From the NCBI GenBank assembly GCA_034666325.1, contig JAXDMB010000307.1:1-34953 (forward strand): a stretch of DNA of 34,953 bases. Direction: 5' to 3'. The stretch is from Vulcanimicrobiota bacterium (GTDB lineage: Bacteria > Vulcanimicrobiota > Vulcanimicrobiia > Vulcanimicrobiales > Vulcanimicrobiaceae). A program made the translations under genes and the position numbers. Of the stretch, positions 31,075-34,953 are shown one piece after another; position 1 is the first letter of the stretch; the number at the start of each line of letters is the position of its first letter. Under the pieces are notes generated by a model. That model saw only the letters and a program-made list of their open reading frames with translations. It ran no database searches and was not told the origin of the DNA.

Positions 31075-32021
31075 AGCGGGCGGCCCTTGATCTCGTCGTA
31101 GACGCGGCCCACGTATTCGCCGAGGATTCCGATCGTGATGAGCTGCACGCCGCCCAGGAACAAGATCGCGAAGATCGTCGAGGTGTAGCCGGGCAGGTTG
31201 TAGCCGGTGAAGATCTTGATTCCGATCTCGACCAGCCCCACGACGAACGCGACGGCGCTGACGATGAAGCCGAACCAGGTCGCCAGCCGCAGCGGGATCT
31301 CGCTGAACGCGGTGATGCCGTCGATCGCGAACTTGAGCATCTTCGACACGGGGTATTTCGACTCGCCCGAAAAGCGCTCGGCGCGGTCGTACTCGATTCC
31401 CGTCTGCTTGTAGCCCACCCACGACACCAGACCGCGAATGAAGCGATGCCGTTCGCGCGAGTCGCGCAGCGCGGCGACGACGCGCCGGCTCATCAACCGG
31501 AAATCGCCGGTGTCGACCGGGATCGACACGTTCGTGAGCCGGCGGATGATGCGGTAGAACAGCGCGGCGGTGAACAGCTTGAAGCGGCTCTCGCCGCGGC
31601 GCCGCCGGCGCGTGGCGTACACGACGTCGTACCCGTCGCGGAACTTGGCGAGAAAGTCGTCGATCAGTTCCGGCGGGTCTTGCAGGTCGCCGTCCATCAG
31701 CACGACGGCGTCGCCGCGCGCCGCGTCGAGGCCCGCGGTCGCCGCGATCTGGTGGCCGAAGTTGCGCGAGAGCGAGATCACGCGCACGCGGGGGTCGGCG
31801 TGCGCCGCGCCGAGCAGCTTCTCGAGGGTCGCGTCCCGGCTGCCGTCGTCGACGAGGATCATCTCGTACGCGGCGGGCGCGACGCTCAGGCCGTGGATCA
31901 CGTTGCGAATGCGGCGAAGGAGCTCGTCGATGTTGTTCGCCTCGTTGAAGAGGGGAACGACGACGCTGAGCGTGGCGTCGGCACCGCGGCGCACCGCGAG
32001 CTCCCGCGGCGGAGAGAACAC
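30993..32021 (-). CDS. GT2 polyprenyl-phosphate glycosyltransferase (GtrB/YkoT-like)
   Basis: SVVVPLFNE, VDDGSRD, LSRNFGHQ.A..AG, MDGDLQDPPE, DTGDFRLMSR, two C-terminal TMs, GEYVGRVYDE.KGRPLY. Confidence 0.93.
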   Translation of the reverse strand: MFSPPRELAVRRGADATLSVVVPLFNEANNIDELLRRIRNVIHGLSVAPAAYEMILVDDGSRDATLEKLLGAAHADPRVRVISLSRNFGHQIAATAGLDAARGDAVVLMDGDLQDPPELIDDFLAKFRDGYDVVYATRRRRRGESRFKLFTAALFYRIIRRLTNVSIPVDTGDFRLMSRRVVAALRDSRERHRFIRGLVSWVGYKQTGIEYDRAERFSGESKYPVSKMLKFAIDGITAFSEIPLRLATWFGFIVSAVAFVVGLVEIGIKIFTGYNLPGYTSTIFAILFLGGVQLITIGILGEYVGRVYDEIKGRPLYLVADNVGSGLDAPSDSEPSTAPVTR

Positions 32022-32094
32022 CTTCGCGTTGTTCTCGCCGCTCCCGCGCTCTCACTTCAGCTTCTGGCGTTGCGCCTCGGAGGTCCCGCCCGTC

Positions 32095-32646
32095 GTGAAA
32101 TCACTCGCTGCCGCGCTCGCGACGGCCGTCTGCCTGACCGCATGCGCGCGCGGAACGACGACGAGCACCACGGCCGGCACTGCGGGCGCAACCAGCACCG
32201 CGACGGCCGCCGCCGGCGCGCCGACATTGGCGCCGGCCGCTTCGACCGTGCCCCCTGCTGCAACGCCGCCCGCCGTCACGACCGCGCCCGGTGCTGCAGC
32301 GCATGCGCCGGCGACGGCCCGCGCGGGCGAGCGTGCGGCTGGGTCGAAGGCCGCCCCGCCGCCCGTCGTGCCGCAGATTCTCGGCGCGAGCGTCAGCCCG
32401 AGCGTGGTCGGCTCGGGAACCGTCGTGAACGCGGTGGTTCGCACGACGCCCGGCGTCGTGAGCGTGACGGCGTTCGCGGCCGGTGTGTCGGTCCCGGTGC
32501 CGCGCGTCGGATCGGGTGTGTTTTCCGGCAACACGACCATCCCGCAACTGCCGCCGTTCGCGCACGGCAGCTACCCGGTGACGTTCGTCGCGCGCGACGC
32601 GCGAGGTGCGTCGACGCAGAGCGCGGTCTCGGTGACGGTGCGATGA
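32095..32646 (+). CDS. Putative lipoprotein: Thr/Ala/Pro-rich linker plus C-terminal Ig-like domain
   Basis: GGAGG upstream, GTG at 32095, MKSLAAALATAVCLTAC lipobox, low-complexity linker, beta-rich C-terminal domain. Confidence 0.8.
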   Translation: MKSLAAALATAVCLTACARGTTTSTTAGTAGATSTATAAAGAPTLAPAASTVPPAATPPAVTTAPGAAAHAPATARAGERAAGSKAAPPPVVPQILGASVSPSVVGSGTVVNAVVRTTPGVVSVTAFAAGVSVPVPRVGSGVFSGNTTIPQLPPFAHGSYPVTFVARDARGASTQSAVSVTVR

Positions 32647-32680
32647 GGGCACCGGCGCGCCGGGCGGGGAACCGCCGACG

Positions 32681-33067
32681 GTGATGCTCGCGCCCGTTTT
32701 GGCCACGGCCCTCACCCTCGCGCAACTCGTCGCCGAGCCGGCCGGCGGCTTCTCGCACGTGGGCCCGACGCCGCCGCCGCACGGTTATCCCGCGATCAAA
32801 TCGGTGAACATCTCGACCACTGACGTTCACGCGGGCCGCCCGGTGCACGGTGCAGTCGAAACATCGGACAACGTGCACTACGTCGAGGCGCGCATCGAAT
32901 ACCGCGCCGTCGCGATGCACCAGGACGCGCCGGGCAAGTTCTCGCTCACGTACAAAGTCCCGTGGTGGCTCCCGCCGTGGCTGCGCCACGGCTACACGCT
33001 GCAGATCATCGCGCGCAGCATCGACGGCGTCGAAACGGCACGCGAGATCCCGATCACGGTACACTGA
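32681..33067 (+). CDS. Putative secreted protein consisting mostly of the same Ig-like domain
   Basis: Hydrophobic N-terminus MLAPVLATALTLAQ, PTPPP linker, domain alignable by eye with the upstream lipoprotein. Confidence 0.78.
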   Translation: MMLAPVLATALTLAQLVAEPAGGFSHVGPTPPPHGYPAIKSVNISTTDVHAGRPVHGAVETSDNVHYVEARIEYRAVAMHQDAPGKFSLTYKVPWWLPPWLRHGYTLQIIARSIDGVETAREIPITVH

Positions 33068-33087
33068 CGCCCCGGCCGTCGCGCGCG

Positions 33088-34953
33088 TTACGGCGCTATA
33101 GGCGAGAGCGTTCGCAGCGCCGCGATCGTTTCTTCGGCGAACGCGGCTTGATACGCGAGCATGTCGGGAACGTCCGGAAAGCGCGCGTCCGATCGTTTGC
33201 CGCCGATTCGGCAGCGGCTGCCTTCTGCGAGCAGCGTTCCCCGCGCAACCAGCGTGTCGAGCGCTTCGGCGGTGCAGCGTTCGGCGTCGCGTGCGAGCTC
33301 CGGGTCGATGAACGCGCCGGACGGCAGTGCATCGCGCAGCCGCGCGACGCCGTCGCCGGCTTCGCCGCGGTCGAACGGCAGGTCGACCGCGAGCAGCCAC
33401 TGTGCGAGCAGGGCGCTCGTCGTGACAGGCCGTGCCGCAGCGAGCGACGTCGCGAGATCGTTCGGGTCTGTCGGTTGCACGATGCGGTACAGCATCGAGA
33501 GCCTTCGGCCGCGGAACGGGTCGAACGCGATCGCTGCGAGGCGCACGTCCGCGATCGGCGCCAGGTGGTCGACGATGCCTTTGAGCGGGCGCATGCGGCC
33601 GTCGGTGCTGTAGAAACCTTCCGGCGTGACGAAGAACGTCGCGCCGCGGCGCACGACGCTCACGATGCGCGCGATGTCTTCATCGACGCCGGCGCGCAGC
33701 GCGCTCATCAGCTCGCCGCGGTACGGCTCGAGCACGTGCGACAAGCGCGCGTACGTCGCGCTCGCCGCAAAGAGCCTCGGCGCGAGCAGATCCGCCAGCG
33801 TCTTCGTCCCGGGCGGCAGCGCCGCGATCACGCCGCCGCGAAACACGAGCTCGAGCGACAGATCGCCGTGCTTCGCTTGCAGCGTGTGCGCCAAGCTTCG
33901 CAGCGGGCGCGATGAGAGCTCGTTCTCGAGCGGCAGCATTCCGAGCGCCACGAACAGCTCGCCCGCGTTCACGTTGCGCATCAGCGGCGCCAGCCACGGC
34001 ATGCGCAGCGCGAAGAAACCCGGCTCGTACATGCGCCGCGACGACGCGGTGAACAGCGGTCGCCACGGGCCTTGCAGGAAGGCGCGCTCCACCACGATTT
34101 CGGACTCGTCTTCGTGCTGGTGGTTCGCGATCAGCACCGTCGGGCCGCGTTCGCGCGGCAGCCGCCCCCACTGCCGCACGCGCATGCGCAACGCGAACAA
34201 CGGCTGGCGGATCGCGCACGTCAGCGCCACGAGCAGCCGCGATCCCAGCGGCCACAGCGGGCGGTGCCCGACGCGCAGCACCCACAGCGAACCGATCGCG
34301 AAGCACACGCCGGCCGCGCCGAACAGCAACCGGTATCCGCCGGCCGTCGTTCCGCCGTGCGCGATGATCCACGCGCCGATCCCCGGCGCCGCCACCGCGG
34401 GCAGGCTCGACAGCGTTCCCCACACGCCGAGATCGCGCGCGACGTCCCCGATCTCGGGAATCGCGTCGAGCGCGAGCGCCCACCCGACCGCGAACACGCC
34501 GCCGAAGCCCAAGCCGAACAGCGCGGCGTAGACGAAGATGAGCTTCACGTCCGGAAAGAGCGCGAAGCCGAGCGCCGCGAGCGTCATCGGCACGCCGGAT
34601 AATGCGACGGTGACGCGGCGGTCGAGCTTGTCGGAGATCTTTCCCGCGCCGATGCTCGACACGATCGCGCCGAGCAGCGCCGCGCCCGCGACCATGCCCG
34701 TGCCGAGCGACGCGTCGTGCACGTGGAGCACGTCGCTGAAGAAGTACAGCACGTACGTGTTGAGCAGCGTCATGCCGAGCACGATCCAGCCGCGCGCGAC
34801 GACCGTGACCCACAGGTCGTGGCGGTCGCGAACGACGGCACGCGTCGGTGCCGGAACGCTCGGCGGCGAGCGCGGAATCGTCGCGAGCGACACCGCCGCG
34901 ACCGACACGGCGACCACCATCGCAAAGAGCGCGTGCTGCGGTGAAAGCAACGC
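33088..34953 (-). CDS. MFS transporter fused to a PlsC-like acyltransferase domain (5' end beyond the window)
   Basis: MFS motif A-like GKISDKLDRR and C-terminal half TMs, then GPTVLIANHQHEDE, FFVTPEGFYSTDG.MRPLKG and an AI.FD acyltransferase block. Confidence 0.82.
   Translation of the reverse strand, partial: ALLSPQHALFAMVVAVSVAAVSLATIPRSPPSVPAPTRAVVRDRHDLWVTVVARGWIVLGMTLLNTYVLYFFSDVLHVHDASLGTGMVAGAALLGAIVSSIGAGKISDKLDRRVTVALSGVPMTLAALGFALFPDVKLIFVYAALFGLGFGGVFAVGWALALDAIPEIGDVARDLGVWGTLSSLPAVAAPGIGAWIIAHGGTTAGGYRLLFGAAGVCFAIGSLWVLRVGHRPLWPLGSRLLVALTCAIRQPLFALRMRVRQWGRLPRERGPTVLIANHQHEDESEIVVERAFLQGPWRPLFTASSRRMYEPGFFALRMPWLAPLMRNVNAGELFVALGMLPLENELSSRPLRSLAHTLQAKHGDLSLELVFRGGVIAALPPGTKTLADLLAPRLFAASATYARLSHVLEPYRGELMSALRAGVDEDIARIVSVVRRGATFFVTPEGFYSTDGRMRPLKGIVDHLAPIADVRLAAIAFDPFRGRRLSMLYRIVQPTDPNDLATSLAAARPVTTSALLAQWLLAVDLPFDRGEAGDGVARLRDALPSGAFIDPELARDAERCTAEALDTLVARGTLLAEGSRCRIGGKRSDARFPDVPDMLAYQAAFAEETIAALRTLSPIAP

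Overview
GC-rich bacterial chromosomal window with about 33 genes and no rRNA, tRNA, CRISPR array or recognisable mobile element. Two conserved Terrabacteria-type backbones run on the minus strand: whiA-gap-(S9 peptidase, NRDE)-pgk-tpiA, and mfd-...-prsA-mazG/yabN-kal-...-yabO. Both are interrupted by accessory genes. Firmicute/actinobacterial-type genes alongside the heptose epimerase gene hldD suggest a diderm Terrabacteria lineage such as Eremiobacterota/Armatimonadota (inference only). The best candidate novel system (about 17.9-21.1 kb) is a helical-repeat + C-terminal LuxR-HTH regulator. It is followed by an 18-bp inverted repeat at about -42 from a TATGCT -10 box, which precedes an unannotated 31-aa peptide gene, a 122-aa helical protein and an HD-GYP phosphodiesterase; an EmrB/EmrA-type exporter lies just upstream. 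This resembles peptide signalling coupled to c-di-GMP. The second candidate (27-35 kb) is an envelope glycosylation locus in which a GT-C glycosyltransferase and two secreted/lipoproteins share the same ~90-aa Ig-like C-terminal domain, next to a GtrB-like GT2, HldD and an MFS-acyltransferase fusion. Also notable are a MesD-like methionine synthase with no adjacent mesX, an orphan kal, a CIRCE-like operator on hsp20, and a small Cys/His ORF.
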